Of a stretch of 64,000 nt of DNA, positions 8,732 through 18,103 are shown one piece after another. The position numbers and the translations under genes are program-made. The notes under the pieces were generated by a model. That model was not told the origin of the DNA and made no database searches. It saw nothing but the letters and a program-made list of their open reading frames with translations. Within the stretch, counting starts at the first letter, position 1; each line of letters begins with the position of its first letter. Origin of the DNA: Candidatus Doudnabacteria bacterium RIFCSPHIGHO2_01_FULL_45_18 (GTDB lineage Bacteria > Patescibacteriota > Doudnabacteria > UBA920 > O2-02-FULL-48-8); assembly GCA_001779915.1 (NCBI GenBank), contig MFEJ01000023.1, positions 6,165 through 70,164 of the forward strand. Reading direction: 5' to 3'.

Positions 8732-10474
8732 ATGCGCAATCTTTGGCTGATTATTAAAAATTTTTTCCGTCATCTTTGGCAAGGATTAAGGCTGGTTCCA
8801 TATCTCCGCCGCCAGCAAATTCCACACGTCTTGGAGAACTTTACCAAACGGGAGAGAAACGTCGTCATTGCAAGCCTGCTCGTCATAATTTTGTCTAGCG
8901 GGTTTTTAATTAACGAATTATTTGCGGATGATGGTCTGGGGCCAAACTACGGCGGCGTCTTAACTGAAGGCTTGGTTGGTCAGCCACAATACATTAACCC
9001 CGTGCTTGCTCCCGCCAGTGGCGTGGATTCGGATTTAAGCCGCGTAGTCTATGCCCAGTTGCTGAAATTTGACCAAAACCAAAACCTGCAACCAGATTTG
9101 GCAGCCAATCTGCCTGAAGTCAGCGCTGACCGCAAAACATATACTCTCAAATTGCGTAACAATCTCCAATGGCAGGACGGCAAACCACTAACCGCAGATG
9201 ACGTGGTGTTTACCATCCAAACTATTCAAAATGCCGAATACGAATCTCCGCTGCGGGCCAACTGGACCCGGGTCAAAGTTCAAAAGCTGGATGATGTAAC
9301 GCTCTCGTTCCAAATTCGGGAAGCATCAGCTGGATTTGCGTTAAACTTCACCTTGGGAATTATTCCCAAGCATGTCTGGGGTGAATTGACCCCGCAAAAT
9401 TTTCGGCTATCCGACTATAATCTGAAGGCCGTGGGTTCCGGACCGTTCATGATTACGGAAATTAAAAAAACTTCTGATGGCACCATTAAGTCCGTCAATC
9501 TTAAAAGCCATGCGGACTACTTTGCGGGAGAACCTTTTATCAACCGGCTGACTTTCCGATTCTATGACAGCTATGATAATCTGCTGAATGCATATCAGGG
9601 CAAAGAAATTCAGAGTCTGGGGTTTGTGCCATTTGATAAACAGGCGTTTCTGACCGCCAATGACAAGGTTAACCAATATCAAGCTAATCTTCCGCAATAC
9701 GAAGCGGTATTCTTCAATCTAAGCAAAGCGCCGGTGTCTGAAAAAGCTGTGCGGCAGGCCCTGTGGCTAATGACAGATCGAAGTAAAATCATTGATGAAG
9801 TTTACAAGGGTAATGCTGCGGCTGCTTTCGGTCCGATTTTGCCGGGCAGTCTTGGATACAACGCCAGTATCGAACAAGCAGCGCACTACGACTTAACTGA
9901 AGCCGCGAAAATTCTAGACAAAGCCGGCTGGGTGCTCGGCCCTGGCGCGACCGTGCGCATGAAAAATAAAAAACCTCTGGAATTTACCCTGGCCACGAGC
10001 GGTATGCAAATGCTCAATGTCAAAACCGCGCAGATTCTGCAGAGTCAATGGGAACAGCTGGGCGCGAAAGTGCATCTCAATATCGTCAGTTCCAAAGATC
10101 TGGATCAGAATTACATTCGGTCGCGCAATTTTGATGCGATTCTCGTAGCGGAAAATGTCGGCGCGGATCCGGATCCATATCCGTTCTGGCACTCAAGTCA
10201 ATCGCATGACCCAGGGTTGAACTTGTCTGGATTTAACAACTCGGAAGTAGATAAACTCATTACGGAAGCTAGACTTACTGCGGACGAGAATGTGCGCATA
10301 AAAAATTATGCGCGCTTCCAGGAAATTATTAACGAGCAGTTGCCAGCCATCTTCCTGGTCCGCTCGCTGTATATCTATAACACGCCCAAAAAAATGCTGG
10401 ATGTGAATCTAAGCAACATTGTGGCTCCCTCGGAACGATTCGCTGACATCAGCCACTGGTATTTTAGCGATTAG
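8732..10474 (+). CDS. Peptide/nickel ABC transporter substrate-binding protein (family 5)
   Basis: LQPDLA..YTLKLR..WQDGKPLTADDVVFT, VGSGPF motifs; N-terminal TM anchor. Confidence 0.9.
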   Translation: MRNLWLIIKNFFRHLWQGLRLVPYLRRQQIPHVLENFTKRERNVVIASLLVIILSSGFLINELFADDGLGPNYGGVLTEGLVGQPQYINPVLAPASGVDSDLSRVVYAQLLKFDQNQNLQPDLAANLPEVSADRKTYTLKLRNNLQWQDGKPLTADDVVFTIQTIQNAEYESPLRANWTRVKVQKLDDVTLSFQIREASAGFALNFTLGIIPKHVWGELTPQNFRLSDYNLKAVGSGPFMITEIKKTSDGTIKSVNLKSHADYFAGEPFINRLTFRFYDSYDNLLNAYQGKEIQSLGFVPFDKQAFLTANDKVNQYQANLPQYEAVFFNLSKAPVSEKAVRQALWLMTDRSKIIDEVYKGNAAAAFGPILPGSLGYNASIEQAAHYDLTEAAKILDKAGWVLGPGATVRMKNKKPLEFTLATSGMQMLNVKTAQILQSQWEQLGAKVHLNIVSSKDLDQNYIRSRNFDAILVAENVGADPDPYPFWHSSQSHDPGLNLSGFNNSEVDKLITEARLTADENVRIKNYARFQEIINEQLPAIFLVRSLYIYNTPKKMLDVNLSNIVAPSERFADISHWYFSD

Positions 10475-10494
10475 CGATATACAATAAGTTACTC

Positions 10495-10694
10495 GGGTAC
10501 GTGGCGGAACTGGCATTATATTGTGTGCAGTTGGCGGGCGTGTGGTGGAATTGGCATACACGTACGCTTCAGGAGCGTATAGGCGAAAGCCTGTGAGAGT
10601 TCAAATCTCTCCACGCCCACCAACTGCCCATAATGCGTCCCGCCAAAGGCGGGAAAATCCCTGCCTGTCGGCAGGCAGGTCTCCGTACCCACCA
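10495..10694 (+). other. Degenerate tRNA-Leu-like shell enclosing an intact tRNA
   Basis: 5' GGGTACG-TGGCGGAACTGGCAT pairs with 3' CGTACCC-ACCA. Confidence 0.7.
10536..10622 (+). tRNA. tRNA-Leu(CAG)
   Basis: Acceptor GGGCGTG/CACGCCC-ACCA, anticodon arm TACGC-TTCAGGA-GCGTA, long variable arm, GTTCAAATC T-loop. Confidence 0.95.
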
Positions 10695-10755
10695 GAATAG
10701 AGAAATCTTTAAGGCCCCAAAAGGGCTATTTTTATTGGCTAAAAACGCTTAACTA

Positions 10756-10784
10756 TTGACAAAACCCCTAAAAAGGCGTATACT
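10756..10784 (+). promoter_or_regulatory. Sigma70 promoter
   Basis: TTGACA-N17-TATACT. Confidence 0.75.
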
Positions 10785-10844
10785 TATATGTTTTGTACAC
10801 TTCACTTCCGAAGTCACAAACGGGCCCAAAGGAGGGCTTAACAG

Positions 10845-11342
10845 ATGAGTATGGAACTCGAGAACTTGATGCGTGGCGCAATCGCTCGAAGCGGACAACT
10901 GCTGGAAGTAATCCTGGTCAACGTGATTTTCAACATTCTCGCCGTGACCATGGGACTGTTCGGTGTGTACCTCGTGGCAGTCGTGCGAACGCCGCAAGCC
11001 TACATGTTTGCGCCGTACGTGATCGCCGGTTCGATGGCACTGGCTGCCAAGGCCGGATTTCTCCTCCATCGCAAATGGAGCGAATACGCGAAAGTGGAAC
11101 GGGTCAGCGAACAGCACGCTGGCGCATTCGTGAACCCGTCGGTCAACGCAAGAAACGAAAGCAGGGTGTCGGTAGGCATCGCCAACTTGATGGCTGTGGC
11201 CGCGATCGCGCTCCCAGTGCTGATCTACAGCTACATGCAGATTTGGACGCAGTCGCCGTCAATGATCGGCGTCCTGCAGGTCCTCCCGTCGCTCGGCATT
11301 ACCATCCTCAGCGTTTGGGCCTGGATTGACTCGGCCCGATAG
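10845..11342 (+). CDS. Hypothetical membrane protein (about 4 TM)
   Basis: Hydrophobic segments, AGGAGG upstream, higher GC than the core genes. Confidence 0.65.
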   Translation: MSMELENLMRGAIARSGQLLEVILVNVIFNILAVTMGLFGVYLVAVVRTPQAYMFAPYVIAGSMALAAKAGFLLHRKWSEYAKVERVSEQHAGAFVNPSVNARNESRVSVGIANLMAVAAIALPVLIYSYMQIWTQSPSMIGVLQVLPSLGITILSVWAWIDSAR

Positions 11343-11382
11343 CTATCCTTTCATCAACACGAGTTTTCACAGGAGCACAGAC

Positions 11383-12189
11383 ATGAACGGACTGATTCGA
11401 TTTGCCGCCTTTCTCGTCGTCACCTCGTTCGCAACGATCGCCACGGCGCAGGAACCGCAGGCCGAACCGCGCGAGCGGTTCACGATCATGGGCGGTGGCG
11501 GGCACAGAACCCTCACCGACTCCTCGTGGGTCGGGTCTGGCGGACCCACCAGCATGACCGACGTGAAGTTCGCCGGCTCAACCGGGGAACTGACGGGCTA
11601 TGCCTGGATCACGAAGAACGCCTTCGTGAAAGGATCCATTGAACGCGGATCCTTAACTCCAGACCGGATGATTTTTAACGGTCAGGGAACTGACGCGTTG
11701 AGATATCAGCGCCACCAGGCGCTGATCGGCTGGGCATTCACCTACGGGTCAATCGCCGGGGGCGTTGATCAGGTTTCTTTCGAACGAAACCAAGCTGGCC
11801 CGTACTCCTGGTCAGCTTGGCGGACGATCACCCGGACCGAAATGTTCGGTCCCGTGCTGGAACTCAATTTGGGATCGACGTTCGGCCGGTTCTATGTCGG
11901 CGAACAGTTCCAGTACAATCCGTTGATGCCGGGAACGTTCCGGCTGATCTCCGGACAAGATGGACTCGCACCGTCCCTGGACCAAGTCCAGAGCGGTCAC
12001 AACTGGTCAGCCTTCGAGCTCGCGATCAAAAGCGAGCTGGAGATCTACCGCGGCGTGGGTCTGACCATGAAGTGGGACATCAGCCGACGTTCCGAAACGG
12101 ACGTCGACACATTTCCCGGCCAAGAAGTGAACCGCCAGAAAGACAGCCAGCGATTCATGGTCGGCGCGATCTATCGATTCGAAAAGTAA
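11383..12189 (+). CDS. Secreted beta-strand-rich protein, beta-barrel-like
   Basis: AGGAG-led ATG at 11383, signal peptide ending ATA-Q, alternating beta patterns, C-terminus FMVGAIYRFEK. Confidence 0.65.
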   Translation: MNGLIRFAAFLVVTSFATIATAQEPQAEPRERFTIMGGGGHRTLTDSSWVGSGGPTSMTDVKFAGSTGELTGYAWITKNAFVKGSIERGSLTPDRMIFNGQGTDALRYQRHQALIGWAFTYGSIAGGVDQVSFERNQAGPYSWSAWRTITRTEMFGPVLELNLGSTFGRFYVGEQFQYNPLMPGTFRLISGQDGLAPSLDQVQSGHNWSAFELAIKSELEIYRGVGLTMKWDISRRSETDVDTFPGQEVNRQKDSQRFMVGAIYRFEK

Positions 12190-12223
12190 CCATTTTCTTC
12201 GTCTCTCCTCAAGCAAGGGGATA

Positions 12224-12257
12224 AAAAGAGCAGTACGTGCAATACGCTGCTCTTTTT
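12224..12257 (+). terminator. Intrinsic terminator
   Basis: aaaagagcag...ctgctctttt hairpin with T-run. Confidence 0.65.
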
Positions 12258-12314
12258 TCTTGCCCAAATTTTATTTGAATTTTGAATTTTAATTTTTGAA
12301 TTTTCTAGTTAAGG

Positions 12315-12343
12315 TTGACAAGAGGCCCATTCGGGTGTATACT
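12315..12343 (+). promoter_or_regulatory. Sigma70 promoter upstream of rnj
   Basis: TTGACA-N17-TATACT. Confidence 0.7.
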
Positions 12344-12525
12344 ATATATACAGTGAATCTCTTGGAAATCTAAATAATCCGTTCGTTAACAGAAAATAGT
12401 CTGTAATCTTGTATTGACTATTTTGTGTTAATTGAACTTTCAGGCCGTGGGTTTAGCCCCGTTTGAAGTTCTATCTATGTAATTATTTCGTAAAGTAACA
12501 CAGTTACGATGAAGGATTTTTTGCG

Positions 12526-14301
12526 ATGATTTTTCGCAAACCAAACCTGCCTACCGGCAGGCAGGCGCAACCAGTTGCTACGCGCGAAAAAGAAAAAGTA
12601 GCGACACCGCAGACCAAAACCGACAACAAAGCGGCGCTCAAGATTATCCCCTTGGGTGGAATTGAGGAAGTCGGAGAAAACATGACTGTACTCGAGTACG
12701 GTGATGATATTCTTGTCATTGACATGGGACTCGGATTTCCAGACGAGACTATGCCGGGAATTGATTACATCATCCCGAACACCAAATATCTGGAAGATAA
12801 CAAAAAGCGCATCAAAGGCGTGATTATCACTCACGGACATTTGGACCACATTGGCGCCATCCCCTACATCATGCCGAAAATTGGCGACCCGCCGATTTAT
12901 ACCATGAAGTTAACCGGGGAACTGATTAAAAAACGTTTAGAGGAATTTCATCTGCTTGGCCGCTCCCAAATTCACGAACTGAACAAAGATGATGTTCTGA
13001 CTTTGGGGAATTTCCGCATCCGATTCTTCCGAATCAACCACAATATTCCGGATGGCGTGGGTTTGGCGATCAATACGCCAACCGGGCTTCTGATTTACGC
13101 CACGGACTGGAAATTTGACCATACACCTGTAGATGGCCGACCGACGGAATTTGATAAATTGGCCAAATTCGGCGGCGAAGGTGTGGCGCTGCTCATGTCT
13201 GACTCCACCAACGCGGAAAAACCGGGTTATTCCATGTCCGAAAAAACTTTGGGTGATACGATTGATCGAATTATGTCTGATGCGAAAGGCCGCGTAATTT
13301 TCGCGACCTTCTCTACCCTCATTTCCCGTGTCCAGCAAGTGATTGACGCGGCTTATAAATCCAATCGCAAGATTGTGATCACTGGCCGCTCGCTTGTGAA
13401 TAACGTGGAAATTTGTCTGGCCACCAATTATCTAAAAATGCCTGCCAAAGGCATGATCATAAAAATGGAACAGGCCAAGAAACTTCCTGACAATCAAGTC
13501 GTGATCTTAACCACTGGTTCCCAAGGCGAAGAAGCCTCGGCTCTAGCGCGCATCGCCAGAAGCGAACACAAAACGATTGAGATCAAAAAGGGCGACACCT
13601 GCGTGGTGTCTGCTTCCCCGATTCCAGGTAATGAACGAGCCGTGTCGGGAATTTTGTCCAACCTGGCGCGCTTAGGCGCCAAGGTTTTGTACCAAAAAAT
13701 CTTAGACATCCACACTTCCGGACACGCGTATCAGGAAGATTTGAAGCTCATGATTTCTCTGACCAAACCGAAAAACTTCATGCCGATTCACGGCGAGCAC
13801 CACATGTTAGTGGCTCACGCGAATCTCGCGCACGATGTCGGCGTCCCGGATGAAAATATTTTCACCCTGGATAACGGCCAGATGCTTGAGATGTCAGGAT
13901 CAGGAGTCCGCATCCTAGAAGCGAAAATCCCCACCGGCTACGTCTATGTGGACGGACTGGGCGTTGGTGACGTCGGCGAGGTGGTTTTACGCGATCGACA
14001 GGTTATGAGCAAAGATGGCATGTTTGTCATCATCATGACCATTGACCGCAAAACTAGTAAACTTACCCAAGCGCCGGATATTATTTCCAGAGGCTTTATC
14101 TACATGAAAGGCTCGGAAGATTTACTCAAAGAAGTCAAACACGAAGTCCGCAAAGTTGTGGAAAGCAAAGGAAAAAATGGCGGCATGCGTGAACCCAACT
14201 GGGCCTTTGTCCGCTCGGAAGTTCGGGATCAAATCGGCGAATTTCTGTTCCAGAGAACGGAACGAAGACCGATGGTCCTACCAGTTGTGATTGAAGTATA
14301 A
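12526..14301 (+). CDS. rnj: Ribonuclease J
   Basis: IIPLGGIEEVGENM, THGHLDHIG, DSTNA, HTSGHA, RRPMVLPV. Confidence 0.97.
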   Translation: MIFRKPNLPTGRQAQPVATREKEKVATPQTKTDNKAALKIIPLGGIEEVGENMTVLEYGDDILVIDMGLGFPDETMPGIDYIIPNTKYLEDNKKRIKGVIITHGHLDHIGAIPYIMPKIGDPPIYTMKLTGELIKKRLEEFHLLGRSQIHELNKDDVLTLGNFRIRFFRINHNIPDGVGLAINTPTGLLIYATDWKFDHTPVDGRPTEFDKLAKFGGEGVALLMSDSTNAEKPGYSMSEKTLGDTIDRIMSDAKGRVIFATFSTLISRVQQVIDAAYKSNRKIVITGRSLVNNVEICLATNYLKMPAKGMIIKMEQAKKLPDNQVVILTTGSQGEEASALARIARSEHKTIEIKKGDTCVVSASPIPGNERAVSGILSNLARLGAKVLYQKILDIHTSGHAYQEDLKLMISLTKPKNFMPIHGEHHMLVAHANLAHDVGVPDENIFTLDNGQMLEMSGSGVRILEAKIPTGYVYVDGLGVGDVGEVVLRDRQVMSKDGMFVIIMTIDRKTSKLTQAPDIISRGFIYMKGSEDLLKEVKHEVRKVVESKGKNGGMREPNWAFVRSEVRDQIGEFLFQRTERRPMVLPVVIEV

Positions 14302-14302
14302 A

Positions 14303-14383
14303 AGACCTCCCCTACCCCTCCTTTTAAGGAGGGGTATTGTTTTTATCTCTCCTCCTTTTAAGGAGGAGATTAAGAGGAGGTCT
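14303..14383. repeat. Family E double-hairpin element (intergenic)
   Basis: agacctcc..cccctccttttaaggagggg..ctcctccttttaaggaggag..ggaggtct; reverse-complement homologue of 33888-33963. Confidence 0.85.
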
Positions 14384-14519
14384 AAAAAAACAAACCGCTC
14401 CGAATGGGACGGTTTTTTGATGCAAAAAAAGAAGCGCGTGGTGACGAAAGACACCGTCAGGAATCTGACTACAAATAGTAGCACTTTCCAAAGCAAAAAG
14501 CAAGAGCTATAATATCCTC

Positions 14520-15560
14520 ATGCAAGAAACTATCCTTTCTGGTATCCGCGCCTCGGGCAAATTACATCTTGGCAACTATCTAGGTGCTTTAAAGCAATTT
14601 GTGGAATTACAAAATGGAAACTCGTCCGCCGAAGCCTCGGCGAAGGCGGATTGCTATTTTTTTATTGCTGATCTTCACGCACTCACTACCCCGTTTGAAC
14701 CCAAAGAACTGTCACAGAACACGCTGGAAGTAGCCGCTGAATATCTGGCCGCCGGTATTGATCCGGATAAATCGGTGTTTTTTTTGCAAAGCCAAGTTTT
14801 AGAACACGCCCAACTCGCCTGGATCTTTAATTGCCTAACTTCTATAGGCGAACTTGAAAGGATGACTCAATTTAAGGAGAAGACCGAATTTAATGTTACC
14901 GCACGCGGCCGAACTTTAACTATGGGTCACCCAAATAAATTTATAGGCGCTGGGCTTCTAACATATCCGACTCTCATGGCCGCAGACATTTTACTTTACA
15001 AACCTACCGCAGTTCCTGTTGGCGATGACCAAACCCAACATGTGGAATTGACGCGCGACATCGCGAAAAAATTTAACAATCGTTTCGGCGAAACTTTTCC
15101 GATTCCCAAAACTTTTGAACCTGCCCGCCGAAGCCTTGGCGAAGGCGGGAAAAAGCCCCTGCGCATTATGAGCCTAACTGACCCAACCAAAAAAATGAGT
15201 AAGACTGGTGATGAGGCGTTGATGCTTGCTGATTCCCCGGATGAAATTCTGCGCAAACTCAAAAAGGCTGTCACGGCCACCGATACAAACCAAGGCTCAC
15301 CCGGGGTTGATAATCTTAAATTTTTACTGGACCAATTCGGTGGAACTGATCAAGTTCAAGATTTTACTAAATACAATGACGTGAAAGAAACACTTGCTAA
15401 AGTCATTACTAACTACTTTGCTGATTTTCGTGAGAAGAAAGCTAAACTTTTACAAAATCCCAAACAAGTGACTGACATTTTGAATGCTGGCGCGGCCAAA
15501 GCGCAAAAAATCGCATCCCGAACGTTAAACGAAGTGAAGGCAAAAATTGGGTTGATTTAA
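14520..15560 (+). CDS. trpS: Tryptophan--tRNA ligase
   Basis: SGIRASGKLHLGNYLG, ADLHA, YPTLMAADIL, VPVGDDQ, KMSK. Confidence 0.97.
   Translation: MQETILSGIRASGKLHLGNYLGALKQFVELQNGNSSAEASAKADCYFFIADLHALTTPFEPKELSQNTLEVAAEYLAAGIDPDKSVFFLQSQVLEHAQLAWIFNCLTSIGELERMTQFKEKTEFNVTARGRTLTMGHPNKFIGAGLLTYPTLMAADILLYKPTAVPVGDDQTQHVELTRDIAKKFNNRFGETFPIPKTFEPARRSLGEGGKKPLRIMSLTDPTKKMSKTGDEALMLADSPDEILRKLKKAVTATDTNQGSPGVDNLKFLLDQFGGTDQVQDFTKYNDVKETLAKVITNYFADFREKKAKLLQNPKQVTDILNAGAAKAQKIASRTLNEVKAKIGLI
14625..14650 (+). repeat. Family C element, in frame in trpS
   Basis: tccgccgaagcctcggcgaaggcgga, read as SAEASAKAD. Confidence 0.8.
15124..15149 (+). repeat. Family C element, second copy in trpS
   Basis: cccgccgaagccttggcgaaggcggg, read as ARRSLGEGG. 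Confidence 0.8.
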
Positions 15561-15751
15561 CTGCCCACTCTTGATTTTTTAAAAAATCAGGAATACAATG
15601 AATATGAGAGAGAAGTGGGGTTTCTGCCCAATGAAACAAACACTGATTATCAAACAAATAGTCCAAAATAACAGCATAAGGATCAACCTGCAAAAGGGCT
15701 AAGTTTTGGTCACACGCGAGTGTGATTTTCGTTTCTTTAGGAGGAACAATC

Positions 15752-16063
15752 ATGTTATGGGTTCAATGCCGGACAGAAGACGACGCGCATCGCCTTCTCG
15801 TATTCGCTCTGGCGGGATCGCTTAACGGTGGGCACTTAACGCCTGCTCGGATCAGCGGTGTATGTCCGCGTAGCGTAGATGTCCTGCTGCCTCCCGAAGA
15901 GGTTCGGGATGACAAAATCCAATGGATTCGTCGCTTCCCATGCGTCGAACAAGCAAACTGGTCCTACGACCCATCTCCCTTCCCTGATTCAGCAACTCTT
16001 CTGCAAGCAGAACTCAATAGCAGTCGATTTGCTCTGGACCCCTCCATCAACCCCGACTACTAA
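15752..16063 (+). CDS. Hypothetical protein (orphan, SD-led)
   Basis: AGGAGG precedes the ATG at 15752. Confidence 0.55.
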   Translation: MLWVQCRTEDDAHRLLVFALAGSLNGGHLTPARISGVCPRSVDVLLPPEEVRDDKIQWIRRFPCVEQANWSYDPSPFPDSATLLQAELNSSRFALDPSINPDY

Positions 16064-16130
16064 GTTTGGGGTTCTCTTTTTGATTTCGTTTTGCAACCTT
16101 TTGCACGACCGTGCAAAAGGTTGTACATAA

Positions 16131-16931
16131 TTATTTTTGGATTAATCTCCGAATTATCTTTTTTGTTTCTTCTGGACCCGCAACCGGGATATAATCCACG
16201 CCAGTTTTGACGATGGCATAGTCATTACCGCCAGGAAAAATCGCATCGCCGATGAATAACATTTTCTTGATCGGAACTTGAAGATGTTTTTGGATCTGAT
16301 GAATACCGTAAGCCTTATCAATCCCTTTTTTCGTGACATCAATGGAGGTAAATCCCGCGGCTCGAACTTCTAGATCCGGCAGCCGCCTCTGCACGGCTTT
16401 GGCAATTTTCATCTTCAAGTCTTTGTTCTTCCTAAGCCAGGCTTCTTTCATCGCCACGCCCTTTTTCTTACCCAAAATCGCCACCACATCCTGGCCAATG
16501 GCGGAAAAAGTCATTTGCGTCCGTCGATCTTCTAAAACCTTGCCATAGACTTTCTTCGGATGCCTGTAGCCTACTTCCCTCAATCCCTCTTGGAACGCTT
16601 TTCTGATTCTCTGTTTCTGTGATTTCGTGAGTGTCAAAGCGTAAACTTTCTTCCAGCCATTGTGGTAGCGGTAATAAGCCGTGGAAGTTGTGGGAAATAA
16701 AGACAAATCTTTAAAGAAAAATTTCGGGGTTTTCAGATGCCTCAAAAACTGCTCTTGAAAAATCGCGTATTTGCCGCCGCCAATAACCGCCACCTTCTTT
16801 GACATCAGAAGTCTTGTGATCAGTAAGGACATTTCCCGGTCCAGGGCGGACTTGGTCTTGGTGAGTGTCCCATCCAGGTCAAAAACGATTAAATCTTTCG
16901 CCTCAAGTTTTTTCAGATTAGAAATTCTCAT
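16131..16931 (-). CDS. HAD-IIB family hydrolase (phosphomannomutase-like)
   Basis: FDLDGTL, SIDVTKKGIDK, FIGDAIFPGGND. Confidence 0.88.
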   Translation of the reverse strand: MRISNLKKLEAKDLIVFDLDGTLTKTKSALDREMSLLITRLLMSKKVAVIGGGKYAIFQEQFLRHLKTPKFFFKDLSLFPTTSTAYYRYHNGWKKVYALTLTKSQKQRIRKAFQEGLREVGYRHPKKVYGKVLEDRRTQMTFSAIGQDVVAILGKKKGVAMKEAWLRKNKDLKMKIAKAVQRRLPDLEVRAAGFTSIDVTKKGIDKAYGIHQIQKHLQVPIKKMLFIGDAIFPGGNDYAIVKTGVDYIPVAGPEETKKIIRRLIQK

Positions 16932-16982
16932 AAGCCACTAAAGTCTACCAAAAAGGGCTAAAAATTGCTAGAATAAATCGTT

Positions 16983-18035
16983 ATGTCATTTTCAGTCGGA
17001 ATCGTTGGGCTACCAAATGTCGGCAAGTCCACATTATTTAACGCTTTAACGAAGCAGCAAGCCGCGGCTTCGAATTTTCCCTTTACCACGATTGATCCGA
17101 ACGTGGGTGTCATTAACGTGCCCGATGAACGGTTGGCGAAACTGGCGGCTTTGGAAAAATCCGAAAAAATTGTGCCCACCTCAATCGAATTCGTGGACAT
17201 TGCCGGGCTGGTCAAGGGTGCTGCCGAAGGCGCTGGCCTTGGCAATAAATTCCTGTCGCACATCCGGGAAGTAGACGCTATTGTCCAGGTGGTGCGTTTT
17301 TTCGAAAATAAAGACATTATTCATGTGGATGGTTCCGTGAATCCAGCGCGAGATATTGAAGTAATCAATATGGAACTCATGCTGGCAGATCTTAATACTG
17401 TTAGTAAACGTCTGGAAAGTTTGCATAAAGAAATCAAAGGTGGGAGTAAAGAAGCCCTGGTCCTCAAATCAGCCTTAGAAAAAATTAAAACCGCTTTGGA
17501 AAAAGGTGATCTGGCTAGATCCGTAAATATGAACGAAGAAGAATCGCGTTTAATGAAAGGCTTAAGTCTCTTAACCATGAAGCCCACATTGTACGTAGCC
17601 AACGCCTCATCTAAGGTTGAGCCGTTGAATGGCATTGAGTTTTTAACGATTGACGTCAAAATTGAATCCGAGCTTGCTGAACTAAAAGACGACGAACGCG
17701 CCGAATACATGAAAGAATTAGGAATAAATGAGTCAGGGCTTGATCGTCTGGCAGCGGCTTCGTATAAACTTTTAAACTTGATCACTTTTATCACAGCCGG
17801 ATCCAAAGAAAGCAAAGCTTGGACAATCGTAGCTGGCACCAAAGCCCCGCAAGCGGCCGGAGTCATCCACACTGACTTTGAAAAAGGCTTTATTCGAGCG
17901 GAAATCATCCAATGGGACAAACTCTTGGAGGCTGGAGGCTACCCAGGTGCTCGCGATAAAGGCTGGCTACGAGTGGAAGGCAAAGAATACGTCATGATGG
18001 ATGGCGATGTCGCGCATTTTCGCTTCAATGTATAG
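16983..18035 (+). CDS. ychF: Redox-regulated ATPase YchF
   Basis: GLPNVGKST, FPFTTIDPN, DIAGLV, GLGNKFL, IHTDFEKGFIRAE. Confidence 0.97.
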   Translation: MSFSVGIVGLPNVGKSTLFNALTKQQAAASNFPFTTIDPNVGVINVPDERLAKLAALEKSEKIVPTSIEFVDIAGLVKGAAEGAGLGNKFLSHIREVDAIVQVVRFFENKDIIHVDGSVNPARDIEVINMELMLADLNTVSKRLESLHKEIKGGSKEALVLKSALEKIKTALEKGDLARSVNMNEEESRLMKGLSLLTMKPTLYVANASSKVEPLNGIEFLTIDVKIESELAELKDDERAEYMKELGINESGLDRLAAASYKLLNLITFITAGSKESKAWTIVAGTKAPQAAGVIHTDFEKGFIRAEIIQWDKLLEAGGYPGARDKGWLRVEGKEYVMMDGDVAHFRFNV

Positions 18036-18050
18036 TACTATTCAACTTGT

Positions 18051-18098
18051 CCCTCTCCCCTTGCGGGAGAGGGTGGCGCGATAGCGCCGGGTGAGGGG
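18051..18098. repeat. Left REP-like inverted repeat of the DUF559 gene
   Basis: ccctctccccttgcgggagagggtggc..ccgggtgagggg, imperfect inverted match to 18434-18477. Confidence 0.85.
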
Positions 18099-18103
18099 TT
18101 ATT

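Noticed and set aside
10495-10694. Group I intron-containing tRNA, tmRNA or a standard attL/attR duplication
   Set aside because: The insert is itself a full tRNA with no intron core or tag ORF; both 5' and 3' tRNA-like ends are present and no integrase is nearby
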